In this document: positions 9,276 through 18,791 of the stretch, piece by piece | Numbering within the stretch: position 1 is the first letter of the stretch | How the letters are laid out: each line of letters begins with the position of its first letter | Sequence record: SRR22947727_3704 | Direction: 5' to 3' (one strand) | Length of the DNA stretch: 51,301 bases | The notes under the pieces: model-generated | The model's input: the letters and a program-made list of their open reading frames with translations, nothing else | What the model was told of the DNA's origin: nothing | Database searches by the model: none | Made by a program: the position numbers and the translations under genes

Positions 9276-9301
9276 AAAGGACAGGTGCACACCTGTCCTT
9301 T
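9276..9301 (+). other. Perfect inverted repeat (hairpin) in the presumed susC leader
   Basis: AAAGGACAGGTG-CA-CACCTGTCCTTT. Confidence 0.6.
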
Positions 9302-9458
9302 AAAAAGAATACTTCTTTGGAGGGAAGTAAATATCAAATCACCACTGAGGGTTATTGATGGTTCAAAAATAATCATTTTATATCTGTTAGTGTTGGTTTA
9401 TAAAGTTAAATACTTAAAAAGTCAAACTAAAATTAACTTAAAACTAAATGAACTAAAG

Positions 9459-12400
9459 ATGAATTTAAAAACCAAATTTTTATTGATCGCTTTATTGTTG
9501 GTCAATATTCAGCTATTTGCACAGGACTCGTTTACGGTTTCTGGAAGTGTAAAGGACTCTAATAGTCTGCCGCTTTTAGGGGTAAATGTGACTGTCAAAA
9601 ATTCTACCAACGGAACTCAGACAGATTTCGATGGTAACTTTTCCATTGAGGTAAAAACAGGAGACATTCTTCGTTTTTCTTATGTGGGATTTGTAGATCA
9701 AGATGTACTGATTAGAAATCAATCACAACTTTTAGTTGTACTTGCAGAGGACCTTAACCTATTAGATGAGGTGGTTTTGGTAGGGTATGGATCTAGAAAA
9801 AAGATTCATATGACAGGTGCAGTGGCTAGTGTAGTAAATGATGATTTAGACCAGATTGCAGTTGCTAGGGTAGACGACGCCCTGGTAGGCCAAATTGCGG
9901 GGGTTAATATTGCTGCTACAGAAGGTGAAGCAGGATCTGCTCCTACAATTAGAGTTAGAGGGGTTGGTTCTTTGAACGGAAGTTCTGCTCCTTTAATAGT
10001 GGTAGATGGTTTGCCAGTAGACAGTGATTTCTTAGGAAACCTAGATATGAACGAAGTGGCTTCTTTTGATGTGTTAAAAGATGCATCTTCTGCAGCTATA
10101 TACGGATCTAGAGGTTCTAATGGGGTTATACTAATTACCACAAAACAAGGTAAAGAAGGAAAAACTAAATTTTCTTATAACACTTACACAGGATTTAAAG
10201 AGGCTAGGCAAAGTGATGCTTATTACGCGTCTATAGCTGAAACAGCTGCGGCTGAATTGGCTGCTAACGGAGTCCTTTCAGATAAGACTGCATACAAACA
10301 GCAAATTGGTGTAGACCGTGATTGGCAAGATGTTATTTTTGATGGTGGTGTGATTCAGAACCATTCTTTTAGCGCTAGAGGTGGAAGTGAAAATACAAAA
10401 TTCAGTACTTCACTTGGGTATCTTCATGACGAAGGCGTTTTATTAACTGATGATTTTAAGCGCTACAACATGAGAATAAAGTTGGATACCAAAGTGGGAA
10501 ACAATTTTAAATTTGGCGCTAATCTTGCACCATCTTATTCTAGAAGAAGACGCTTTGATGGTTCTACACACGATATTTTAAGACAAACACCATGGTTACC
10601 TGTTTATCATGACGACAATACCATTCAGTATGTAGACAGAAATGTATATCCGGATGTGATTGTGGGTGATTATGCGTTACAGCGTCATTTTGATAACTAC
10701 GGTCCAAATGCTACGGATATTTCTAATACTTCAAATACAAATCCAGCGGCTAAGGTATTGGAGAGAGACAGAAATGACTATAAATTTAAATTGGCAGGAA
10801 GTGTTTATGCAGATTTTAAAATTATGGATGGCCTACATTTTAGAGCATCTTTGTCTGGGGATTATCAAAATACTTTTAATGACAGATGGCAGGGTGTGGA
10901 GTCTAATAGAAATGGTGCTTCTGCAGCAAGCTATAGTGTGTCTAATGAAAATAGAATTCACATGGTTACCGAGAACTACTTTACCTATGACAAAACCATT
11001 GGAGCGCATGATATTTCTGCCATTGCTGGTATTTCTGCTGAAAAATGGGATTTCCAAGGAGATAGTATGCTAGGGTCTGGATATACTTCAGATCTAATTA
11101 AAACTTTAAGTGCAGCTACTGTTTTAAATAGTATGGGTTCATTTAAGTATGCAGAACGCTTTCGTTCTTACTATGGTCGTGTAAATTATGCTTACGATAA
11201 CAAATACCTAGCTTCTGTGAGTTACCGTAGAGATGGTAGTTCAATTTTTGGAGTAGATTCTAAATTTGGAGATTTTCCTGCAGCTTCTTTTGGTTGGAGG
11301 GTGTCTGAAGAATCATTCTTGAAAGATAGTGAAGTAATCAGTAACCTAAAATTCAGGGTTAGTTATGGTTTCACTGGAAATAAAGATATTGATACTGGCA
11401 GTAATACCATTGATCTTTATCCGTCTTTACCTTTATTAGGATCAAGTTCTGCTATTGTAAACGGAAGTGCTCAAACAGCTTTTATTGCTTTAAATATTGA
11501 AAACCCCATGTTGCAATGGGAAAGATTGCAGGAAATTAATCCAGGAGTAGATTTTGGATTCTTTAATGGGGTGCTTTCAGGTTCTGTAGATTATTACCAA
11601 AGGACAAGTGATCAGTTGTTATTGTACAATCCAGTGTCTTCTACAACTGGCTTTGACAGTGCCTTAGTGAACTTAGGTGAAGTGAGAAACAGTGGGCTTG
11701 AAGTGGAGTTGAGAACAAGAAACATTACCTCTGAAAAGTTCAAATGGTCTTCTACTTTCTTGGCTTCTACCAATAAAAACGAATTGTTAGATTTTGCAGA
11801 TGCCAATGGTCAAATCCAAAACGTAGACGCTAAAAGAGCTTCAGAGTGGATTAATTCTGTCGGTAACCCAATTTCCTCTTTTTACGGTTGGGTAGTAGAT
11901 AAAGACATCCCTTTAGAAAACTTAAACAATCCTTATCATCCAGTTGGGGCAGAAGCTCAAGATGTGTATGTTAAAGATTTAAATGGAGATGGTTTAATTG
12001 ACGACGACGACAAAACTATTCTGGGTAATCCATATCCAGATTTAATTTGGAGTATCACCAATGATTTTAAAATTGGGAATGTAGACTTTAGCTTCTTATT
12101 CCAGGGAAGCCATGGAGCAGAAGTAAGAAATATGGGAGACCAGTATTTGTTTAACCATTTTAATAGTGCAATGGATTTTAATAAATCTACCACACCAAAT
12201 CAAGGTTTTATAAAAGAGAAAATTTTTACCAACGACATTATTCAAGACGCTTCATATATAGCACTTAGAAATGTGAATTTAGGCTATAATTTTTCTAAGA
12301 AGTTAACTGATAAATTAGGTTTATCCAGTTTTAGGATATATGCCACTGGTCAGAACTTGTTGTATAAAACAGCAGATGGATATACTGGTTTTAATCCAGA

Positions 12401-12497
12401 GTCAGTGAGTGATACAAGTCCAACTACTTATGGGTATCAGTTAGCAGGATCTCCAATATTTAGCACTATTTCTTTTGGAACTAATATTGAATTTTAA
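9459..12497 (+). CDS. susC: SusC/RagA TonB-dependent transporter
   Basis: Signal peptide from ATG 9459 (MNLKTKFLL…); LDEVVLVGYG, VLKDASSAAIYGSRGSNGVILITTKQG, C-terminal Phe. Confidence 0.96.
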   Translation: MNLKTKFLLIALLLVNIQLFAQDSFTVSGSVKDSNSLPLLGVNVTVKNSTNGTQTDFDGNFSIEVKTGDILRFSYVGFVDQDVLIRNQSQLLVVLAEDLNLLDEVVLVGYGSRKKIHMTGAVASVVNDDLDQIAVARVDDALVGQIAGVNIAATEGEAGSAPTIRVRGVGSLNGSSAPLIVVDGLPVDSDFLGNLDMNEVASFDVLKDASSAAIYGSRGSNGVILITTKQGKEGKTKFSYNTYTGFKEARQSDAYYASIAETAAAELAANGVLSDKTAYKQQIGVDRDWQDVIFDGGVIQNHSFSARGGSENTKFSTSLGYLHDEGVLLTDDFKRYNMRIKLDTKVGNNFKFGANLAPSYSRRRRFDGSTHDILRQTPWLPVYHDDNTIQYVDRNVYPDVIVGDYALQRHFDNYGPNATDISNTSNTNPAAKVLERDRNDYKFKLAGSVYADFKIMDGLHFRASLSGDYQNTFNDRWQGVESNRNGASAASYSVSNENRIHMVTENYFTYDKTIGAHDISAIAGISAEKWDFQGDSMLGSGYTSDLIKTLSAATVLNSMGSFKYAERFRSYYGRVNYAYDNKYLASVSYRRDGSSIFGVDSKFGDFPAASFGWRVSEESFLKDSEVISNLKFRVSYGFTGNKDIDTGSNTIDLYPSLPLLGSSSAIVNGSAQTAFIALNIENPMLQWERLQEINPGVDFGFFNGVLSGSVDYYQRTSDQLLLYNPVSSTTGFDSALVNLGEVRNSGLEVELRTRNITSEKFKWSSTFLASTNKNELLDFADANGQIQNVDAKRASEWINSVGNPISSFYGWVVDKDIPLENLNNPYHPVGAEAQDVYVKDLNGDGLIDDDDKTILGNPYPDLIWSITNDFKIGNVDFSFLFQGSHGAEVRNMGDQYLFNHFNSAMDFNKSTTPNQGFIKEKIFTNDIIQDASYIALRNVNLGYNFSKKLTDKLGLSSFRIYATGQNLLYKTADGYTGFNPESVSDTSPTTYGYQLAGSPIFSTISFGTNIEF

Positions 12498-12514
12498 TTA
12501 AAAACACATATAAA

Positions 12515-13936
12515 ATGAAACATATAAAATATATAGCCTTAGCCTTCATAGGTGGTTTGGCAATCTCATGTGAGACTAATTTTTTAGAGCCTGTTCCAGA
12601 AGTAGCTGTGAGTAGTGCTGGTTATTTTCTAAACGACGAGCAAATTGAAACTGGAGTCATTGGAATATATGATGCTATTCAAGGAGTAAATTCGACCAGT
12701 TTAGACGACAATAGGGGTGTTCAGATTGAGTATTATCTGACCGAAATGAGAAGCGACAACACCAGGACTAAAAGTCAAGAAGGTGAAGCGGCTCAGTTTG
12801 AAGAATTCAATGTAACTACTCAAAATGGACTGGTTGCTAATTATTACAGAAGTTTTTTTAATATAATATATAGGGCTAATCTAGTTCTAGATAACTTAGA
12901 AAACGCCACCACCGGTTCTAGTGCTAAGTTTGAAGCAGAAGCTAAATTTGCGAGAGCTTATGCGTATTTTAATCTCGTGAGATTATTTGGAGATTTACCT
13001 TTAGTAGACGGTTTAATAGGTCCACTAGACACTGATATTGCTTTTACAAGGGTACCAGCAGCAAATATTTATGAACTCATTGTTAGTGATTTTGAATTTG
13101 CGGCAAATAACTTAGACAATTCACAAAAGAATAGGGCCTCACGTGCCGCTGCTCAGGGATTACTTGCCAAAGTTCATTTAACTTTGGGTAATTACACTCT
13201 GGCACAAGTTTTATGTGAAAGCATCATTGGTGGCGATTACTCTTTAGAATCTAATTTCAGTGATATTTTTTATAATGAATCCAATAATGAAGTAATTTTT
13301 GCTGTGGGATACAACCCAGGAGTAGAAGCAGATAGTCAAGATTTTTCTGCAGAGTGGATGAATGGCGTAGGTAGAACAGCAGGTGTAAATTACGTTACTA
13401 ATGAAGCCATTGAGGCTTTAGAAACTTTCGGAGGAGATAGAGCACCCCTTTCTTACAGACAAGATTTATCTCAAGCTACTCAATACCAAGTAACCAAGTA
13501 TTTGCCTAATGGTGAAGATGGAGGTGCAGATGGTAAAAGCTTTAATACAGACGCGACAATGTCTGGAAACGATTGGATTGTTTTAAGATATGCAGACGTT
13601 TTATTAATGCACGTAGAGGCTATTTTAGCTGGAGGTCAAGCAACTTCAGCCGCTGCCGCTATTAGTTCTTTTCAGCAGGTAAGAAATAGGGCTGGTATTT
13701 CAGACACAGTGTCTGAGATCACCAAGCAAGACTTATTAAATGAAAGAAGGGTAGAATTGGCCTTTGAAAACCAAAGATTATTTGATCTCATCAGATTTGG
13801 TGTGGCACAAGAGCAGTTATCAGCTTTTTCAGGAGCCAACGGCTATGGTTTTAGCGCTACAGATCTTTTACTTCCAATTCCTCAAAGAGAAATTAACTTG
13901 AGTAACGGTAAAATGACTCAAAACCCAGGTTATTAA
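12515..13936 (+). CDS. susD: SusD/RagB glycan-binding lipoprotein
   Basis: Lipobox AISC; EAKFARAYAYFNLVRLFG, LRYADVLLM, ERRVELAFENQRLFDL, QNPGY end. Confidence 0.95.
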   Translation: MKHIKYIALAFIGGLAISCETNFLEPVPEVAVSSAGYFLNDEQIETGVIGIYDAIQGVNSTSLDDNRGVQIEYYLTEMRSDNTRTKSQEGEAAQFEEFNVTTQNGLVANYYRSFFNIIYRANLVLDNLENATTGSSAKFEAEAKFARAYAYFNLVRLFGDLPLVDGLIGPLDTDIAFTRVPAANIYELIVSDFEFAANNLDNSQKNRASRAAAQGLLAKVHLTLGNYTLAQVLCESIIGGDYSLESNFSDIFYNESNNEVIFAVGYNPGVEADSQDFSAEWMNGVGRTAGVNYVTNEAIEALETFGGDRAPLSYRQDLSQATQYQVTKYLPNGEDGGADGKSFNTDATMSGNDWIVLRYADVLLMHVEAILAGGQATSAAAAISSFQQVRNRAGISDTVSEITKQDLLNERRVELAFENQRLFDLIRFGVAQEQLSAFSGANGYGFSATDLLLPIPQREINLSNGKMTQNPGY

Positions 13937-13956
13937 TCAATAAATAAATATTTAAC

Positions 13957-14820
13957 ATGACTCATTTATCATATATTAAAAATTCAAGTAAACTAGTAAA
14001 GGTTTTCCTTTGCTTGTTTGCAATGACTCTCACAGTTTCTTGTGATTTTGAATACGAACTTCCTGAGGCAGGATCTATTGCAGACTTAACGGCACCAATG
14101 GCTAGTTTTTCTGCTAGTCAGAGTGAAGACAATTTCTTGACTTTTTCATTTTCAAACCTTTCGTCAAGTGCGATTAATTTTGAATGGAATTTGGGAGACG
14201 GAACAACGTCCACGTCCAAAGATGTGACCAATACCTATGAAGCAGAAGGATCATACACAGTGACTTTAATTGTTTCAGACGCATTAGGCGTAAAAAGCAC
14301 TATTTCTAAAGTAATATCTATTGTGGAGCCACCTGCTCCAGCAGCAAAAGTACCTACAATTTTGGAAGCTAGTTTTGAAGACAATACCCTGCCAGATGGA
14401 ACGGGTGACGGTCGTGACTCATGGACAAATGACTTTGGTGGTGTGATTCAAATTACGAGTAGCCCGGTACAAGACGGTGTTCAGGCAGCTAAATTCCCAT
14501 CTGCTGGCGATAGAATTGCTTACCAGTCTGGTTTAGAAGTTACTCCCAATACAGATTATGTGATAACTTATTACTATACCATTAAAACAAGTCCAGAAGG
14601 ATCTATTACGCTCAATGTTTTGGGAGGGACTATTGGGTCTTTATCCGAAGTTACTTCTAAAAGCTTGGCGTCTCATGTGGGGGCAGATCAGTCAGATGCC
14701 AGTGTGTATACTAAAGTAGATTTAGAATTCAACTCTGGAGCCAATGAAACTATTTCATTGTTGATTACAAACGAAGGGGCAGAATCCAGATTGGATAATC
14801 TGTCTATAGTTTTAAAATAG
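13957..14820 (+). CDS. PKD-domain surface lipoprotein with a C-terminal carbohydrate-binding-like module
   Basis: Lipobox TVSC; FEWNLGDG…Y…GSYTVTL PKD signature; C-terminal beta-sandwich starting EASFED; directly after susD. Confidence 0.8.
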   Translation: MTHLSYIKNSSKLVKVFLCLFAMTLTVSCDFEYELPEAGSIADLTAPMASFSASQSEDNFLTFSFSNLSSSAINFEWNLGDGTTSTSKDVTNTYEAEGSYTVTLIVSDALGVKSTISKVISIVEPPAPAAKVPTILEASFEDNTLPDGTGDGRDSWTNDFGGVIQITSSPVQDGVQAAKFPSAGDRIAYQSGLEVTPNTDYVITYYYTIKTSPEGSITLNVLGGTIGSLSEVTSKSLASHVGADQSDASVYTKVDLEFNSGANETISLLITNEGAESRLDNLSIVLK

Positions 14821-14831
14821 CACAAGAATTA

Positions 14832-15713
14832 ATGAGATACCTGGTAGTTTTAGTCTCTTTTTTGTTTTTTCAAACCCTTGCTGCACAGTCAAATAAAGTG
14901 CATGGCCAAGAGAAGGTTCAGAAGCGAAATAAAAAGCGCTTTAAACTACCAGATATTGATTTGTCTAATTGGAAAGTAACCATTCCTGAAGGTTCCGGTA
15001 AAGGAGGTGCTTTAAGTGTTTCTCCGCCAGATATTAAAGATTATGCTACAAATGCTCTTTTGAAACCTTATATGTTTAATGATTCTGTTTCGGGTGCATT
15101 GGTTTTTTTTGCTATTCCAACAGACGCAACAACGGCCAATACTAAATATTCTCGATCTGAATTAAGGGAGCAGATGGCTCCAGGGAATGATAAAGTAAAT
15201 TGGACTTTTAAGCAAGGAGGTGAATTAAAAGTTAAGATGCAAATGGATGCTGTTTCCAGAGATGCCAATGGTAAATATCATAAGGTTATTATTGCTCAAA
15301 TACATGGAAGGCTTACAGAGGACCAAAAAGCATTAATTGGTGCAAAAGACAACAATGCTCCCCCCATCTTAAAGATTTATTGGCAAGATGGAAAAATAAG
15401 GGTGAAGACAAAAGAGTTGGTTTTTGCAGAAATTGATCCTCTAGGTATTTTGCATGAAGAAGCATGGGGAGACGACAAAGGCAGAAACTTCAATGATGCC
15501 GTTGACTTTAGAAAGTTCACCATAGAAGTGAAAGTTTCAGAAGGTAAAATGGTGGTGTCTTTGAATAATAACGAATTTTTTGTTTACGACAGTGTTCATA
15601 TAGAACGTTGGGGAATTTTTGAAAATTATTTTAAAGTGGGCAATTATTTCCAAACCAGAGATAAAGGCGCTTTTGCCTCTGTTAAAGTGTATGATATTGA
15701 GGTAAAGCACTAA
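14832..15713 (+). CDS. PL7 alginate lyase, secreted
   Basis: YSRSELRE, QIH and YFKVGNYFQ motifs; signal peptide. Confidence 0.92.
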   Translation: MRYLVVLVSFLFFQTLAAQSNKVHGQEKVQKRNKKRFKLPDIDLSNWKVTIPEGSGKGGALSVSPPDIKDYATNALLKPYMFNDSVSGALVFFAIPTDATTANTKYSRSELREQMAPGNDKVNWTFKQGGELKVKMQMDAVSRDANGKYHKVIIAQIHGRLTEDQKALIGAKDNNAPPILKIYWQDGKIRVKTKELVFAEIDPLGILHEEAWGDDKGRNFNDAVDFRKFTIEVKVSEGKMVVSLNNNEFFVYDSVHIERWGIFENYFKVGNYFQTRDKGAFASVKVYDIEVKH

Positions 15714-15743
15714 GAAAGTTACATATGTTAGTTTAGTTAGACT

Positions 15744-15784
15744 CAGAGGCTCTTTTCAGTAAAACAGTCGAGAGCCTTTGTTTT
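15744..15784 (+). terminator. Probable intrinsic terminator of the susC-susD-PKD-PL7 unit
   Basis: CAGAGGCTCT…AGAGCCTTTG stem (one G-U pair) followed by a T run; the loop is long. Confidence 0.5.
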
Positions 15785-15832
15785 AATTAAATGTTTAAAA
15801 TTAAATGTCAGTTTTTGGCAGTTATTTCATAT

Positions 15833-15857
15833 TTTAGCAACCAATCTGGTTAACCAA
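15833..15857. promoter_or_regulatory. Autoregulatory operator of the GntR-family gene
   Basis: CTGGTTAACCAA (15846-15857), preceded 13 bp earlier by a degenerate copy TTTAGCAACCAA; ends 18 nt before the ATG. Confidence 0.75.
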
Positions 15858-15875
15858 TTTTTATATTACGATTTT

Positions 15876-16577
15876 ATGAATGTTCAATTACTGACCAACA
15901 GTGACAATAAAGACATACAGAAAGCCATTATTTCTAAACTCAAAGATTTAATTGAGTTCAAGAATTTAGAACCTGGAGATAAGTTGCCCTCTGAACGAAT
16001 GTTATCTGAAAAGTTTGACGTTAGTAGAAGTAGTATAAGGCAGGCAATTCAAAAGCTAGAATTCTTTGGTATTTTAATGTCAAAACCTCAAAGCGGTACA
16101 TTTATAGCAGATATTGGTTGGGTTGCCATGGCTGGAATGATTGATGATATTTTGAGACTAAACGAGCCTGATTTTAAATCCTTGGTTGAAACTAGAATTT
16201 TACTCGAACTTAAAATAGTTAGTATGGCTGCTTTACGCAGAACCGAAAAGGATTTGGCGGCAATGAAATATGCTTTAGAATCTTACAGGGATAAAGTGCT
16301 TAATAATGAAGACGCTGTTGAAGAAGATTTATTATTTCACTTAGCCATAGCAAAGGCGAGTAAAAACAGTTCTATGAATACCTTTATGTTGATTATCACT
16401 CCCGAAATTATAACCAATTTTGAGAAGTATCATGTATGTGATTCAAATCAATTAAAGCTTGGAATTGAAGAGCATGAAGCCATTTTTGAAGCGATTAAAA
16501 ATCAAGACCCTATAAAAGCTAGAGAAAAGATGAAAGTTCATTTTAGTGTTTTATACCAGTATTGTAACGAGAATTAA
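15876..16577 (+). CDS. FadR/GntR-family transcriptional regulator (AusR-like alginate repressor)
   Basis: PGDKLPSERMLSEKFDVSRSSIRQA winged HTH plus FCD domain (DLLFHLAIA); located in the alginate locus. Confidence 0.92.
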   Translation: MNVQLLTNSDNKDIQKAIISKLKDLIEFKNLEPGDKLPSERMLSEKFDVSRSSIRQAIQKLEFFGILMSKPQSGTFIADIGWVAMAGMIDDILRLNEPDFKSLVETRILLELKIVSMAALRRTEKDLAAMKYALESYRDKVLNNEDAVEEDLLFHLAIAKASKNSSMNTFMLIITPEIITNFEKYHVCDSNQLKLGIEEHEAIFEAIKNQDPIKAREKMKVHFSVLYQYCNEN

Positions 16578-16724
16578 AATATTAAAATTTAAAAAAATAA
16601 GTGCACAATTATTTTTTTAAATGTTTTGGAGGGGGTAAAATTGAATCATTCCTTTTTGGGTGTTTTCCTTTTTACTTATAATTTAATAGTTAGCCTGCGA
16701 GGGTATGATTTAATTGTAAATTAA

Positions 16725-17999
16725 ATGAAAGTAAAAGGTTTAAGGTGGTGGATTATTACGCTAATTTGTATTGCTACCGTAATTAATTATGTAGATAGGA
16801 CTGCCTTTGGAGTCATGTGGCCAGAAATGGGAAAAGACTTAGGTATGGACGAGCATGATTATGCATTCATGCTCAATATTTTTATGATTACTTATGCTGC
16901 AGGTAAATTTTTATCTGGTAAGTTATATGATATTATTGGTACTAGACTGGGTTTTGTTTTTTCAATAGCTGTATGGTCTGGATCAGCAATACTTCACTCT
17001 TTTTCAAGAGGAGTTATTTCCCTTTCTATAGTGAGGGGGTTTCTTGGAATAGGGGAAGCGGGCAATTGGCCAGGTGCGGTAAAGAGTAATGCGGAATGGT
17101 TTCCAGTAAAAGAACGTGCAATCGCACAGGGAATATTTAATGCCGGAGCATCTTTAGGGAGTGTTATAGCACCAGCATTAATTGCTTTTTTATACGGTCA
17201 CTTCGGTTGGAGGGCTACATTTATAATTCTTGGAATTGTTGGTTTTGTTTGGATTATTCCATGGATGTTTATCAATAAAACTACTCCTGAAAACCACCCT
17301 TGGTTGACAGATTCAGAAAAAGCGCTCATTTTTTCTGAAGAACTTGTTGAGCAAAAGCCTGTTAAATCTAAAAGTTTGCCTTTAAAAACTATTTTGGGTT
17401 ACAAACAATCTTGGGGTGTTTTAATGGCTAGATTTTTTATTGAACCCATATGGTGGCTTTTTGTAGGTTGGATGCCTTTGTATCTCAATTCTAAATATGG
17501 TTTCAGTATTCAAGAAATAGGACAAACTATATGGATTTCTTATTTAGGCGGAATGGCTGGTAGTTTATTAGGGGGATGGTTTTGCAGTAAATTGATGGAG
17601 AAACACGTTGTTGATTTTGCCAGAAAAACATCCATACTTATTGGTGTTTTATTTATATTTTTCGGTCTTCTAGGCGTTATTTTCTTAGTAGATGAAAAGA
17701 ACCCAATGACCTTTATATACATAGTGGGGATGGTCTTATTTGGTTTTCAGTTTTCTATTGGAAATATTCAAACATTGTCTAGTGATCTTTTTAGAGGTCC
17801 TTCGGTAGGCACTCTAGCTGGTTTGGCTGGTTCTATTGCAGCGGTCTCTGTTATTATAATGAACTGGTTAATTCCAATTATTACAGTAGACTCATATACC
17901 CCAGCTTTTGTCATTATTGCTGTGCTAGCTCCGCTAGCGATGCTTTCAATATATCTATTCATACAAAAAATTGAGAAGGTAATCCCTTCTACTAATTAA
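16725..17999 (+). CDS. MFS transporter, ExuT/hexuronate-like
   Basis: INYVDR, GEAGNWPG, EWFPVKERAIAQGIFNAG; about 12 TM segments. Confidence 0.9.
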   Translation: MKVKGLRWWIITLICIATVINYVDRTAFGVMWPEMGKDLGMDEHDYAFMLNIFMITYAAGKFLSGKLYDIIGTRLGFVFSIAVWSGSAILHSFSRGVISLSIVRGFLGIGEAGNWPGAVKSNAEWFPVKERAIAQGIFNAGASLGSVIAPALIAFLYGHFGWRATFIILGIVGFVWIIPWMFINKTTPENHPWLTDSEKALIFSEELVEQKPVKSKSLPLKTILGYKQSWGVLMARFFIEPIWWLFVGWMPLYLNSKYGFSIQEIGQTIWISYLGGMAGSLLGGWFCSKLMEKHVVDFARKTSILIGVLFIFFGLLGVIFLVDEKNPMTFIYIVGMVLFGFQFSIGNIQTLSSDLFRGPSVGTLAGLAGSIAAVSVIIMNWLIPIITVDSYTPAFVIIAVLAPLAMLSIYLFIQKIEKVIPSTN

Positions 18000-18018
18000 T
18001 TAATATAAATTCAATAAA

Positions 18019-18771
18019 ATGAAATTACAAGGAAAAGTAGCAGTTGTTACAGGAGGCGCTAGAGATATAGGTAGAGCTGTGTCTGTTAAGTTAGCCAGTG
18101 AAGGCGCTAAGGTTGTTGTCAATTATTTTGAAAATGAATCTGAAGCTAATGAAACAGTTAAATTAATCGAGAATTCAGGTGGTGAAGCAATTGCTGTATA
18201 TGCAGACGCGACTAATCTTGAGGATATTTCCAATCTTGTTAAAGCAACTACCGCTGCCTTTGGTGCTAAAGTAGACGTTCTTGTTAATGTTGCTGGTGGT
18301 TTGTTTGCCAGAAAAACAATAGACGCAGTAGATGTTGACTTTTACAACCTGTTAATGGATGTAAACTTTAAATCTGCTGTATTTGTAACCCAAGCATTTA
18401 AGCCTTTGATGGGAAAAGGTGCTTCTGTTATTAATTTTGCTTCTCAAGCGGCAAGAGATGGTGGTGGTCCTGGGGCTAGTTTATATGCAGCTTCTAAAGG
18501 AGCTGTTATGACTTTTACAAGAGCCATGGCAAAGGAGTTTGGTCCAGATGGAATAAGAGTAAATGCGCTTTGTCCAGGAATGATTGCGACTAAATTTCAT
18601 GATGACTTTACTAAAGATGAAGTAAGGACAAAAGTTGCAGCTGGAACTCCATTAAGAAGAGAAGGTAATGCTAGTGAGGTAGCAGATCTAGTTTCATATT
18701 TAGCTAGTGATGAATCTTCTTTTGTGACAGGTAATAATATTGATATTAACGGAGGTTTGGCCTTTAGTTAA
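18019..18771 (+). CDS. Short-chain dehydrogenase/reductase, probable DEH reductase (DEH to KDG)
   Basis: TGGARDIG, NVAG, YAASK; lies between the MFS gene and kdgK as in alginate loci. Confidence 0.85.
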   Translation: MKLQGKVAVVTGGARDIGRAVSVKLASEGAKVVVNYFENESEANETVKLIENSGGEAIAVYADATNLEDISNLVKATTAAFGAKVDVLVNVAGGLFARKTIDAVDVDFYNLLMDVNFKSAVFVTQAFKPLMGKGASVINFASQAARDGGGPGASLYAASKGAVMTFTRAMAKEFGPDGIRVNALCPGMIATKFHDDFTKDEVRTKVAAGTPLRREGNASEVADLVSYLASDESSFVTGNNIDINGGLAFS

Positions 18772-18791
18772 AAATATATATATAATAAGAT

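Noticed and set aside
9285..9458. GTG-started extension of SusC
   Set aside because: Starts inside the leader hairpin; the signal peptide begins at ATG 9459
9806..12193. Several short ORFs inside susC, including 10660-11073 on +
   Set aside because: Shadow frames of an intact, well-supported gene; the same applies to the short ORFs inside gnd, MMPL, ppc, katG and the S9 peptidase
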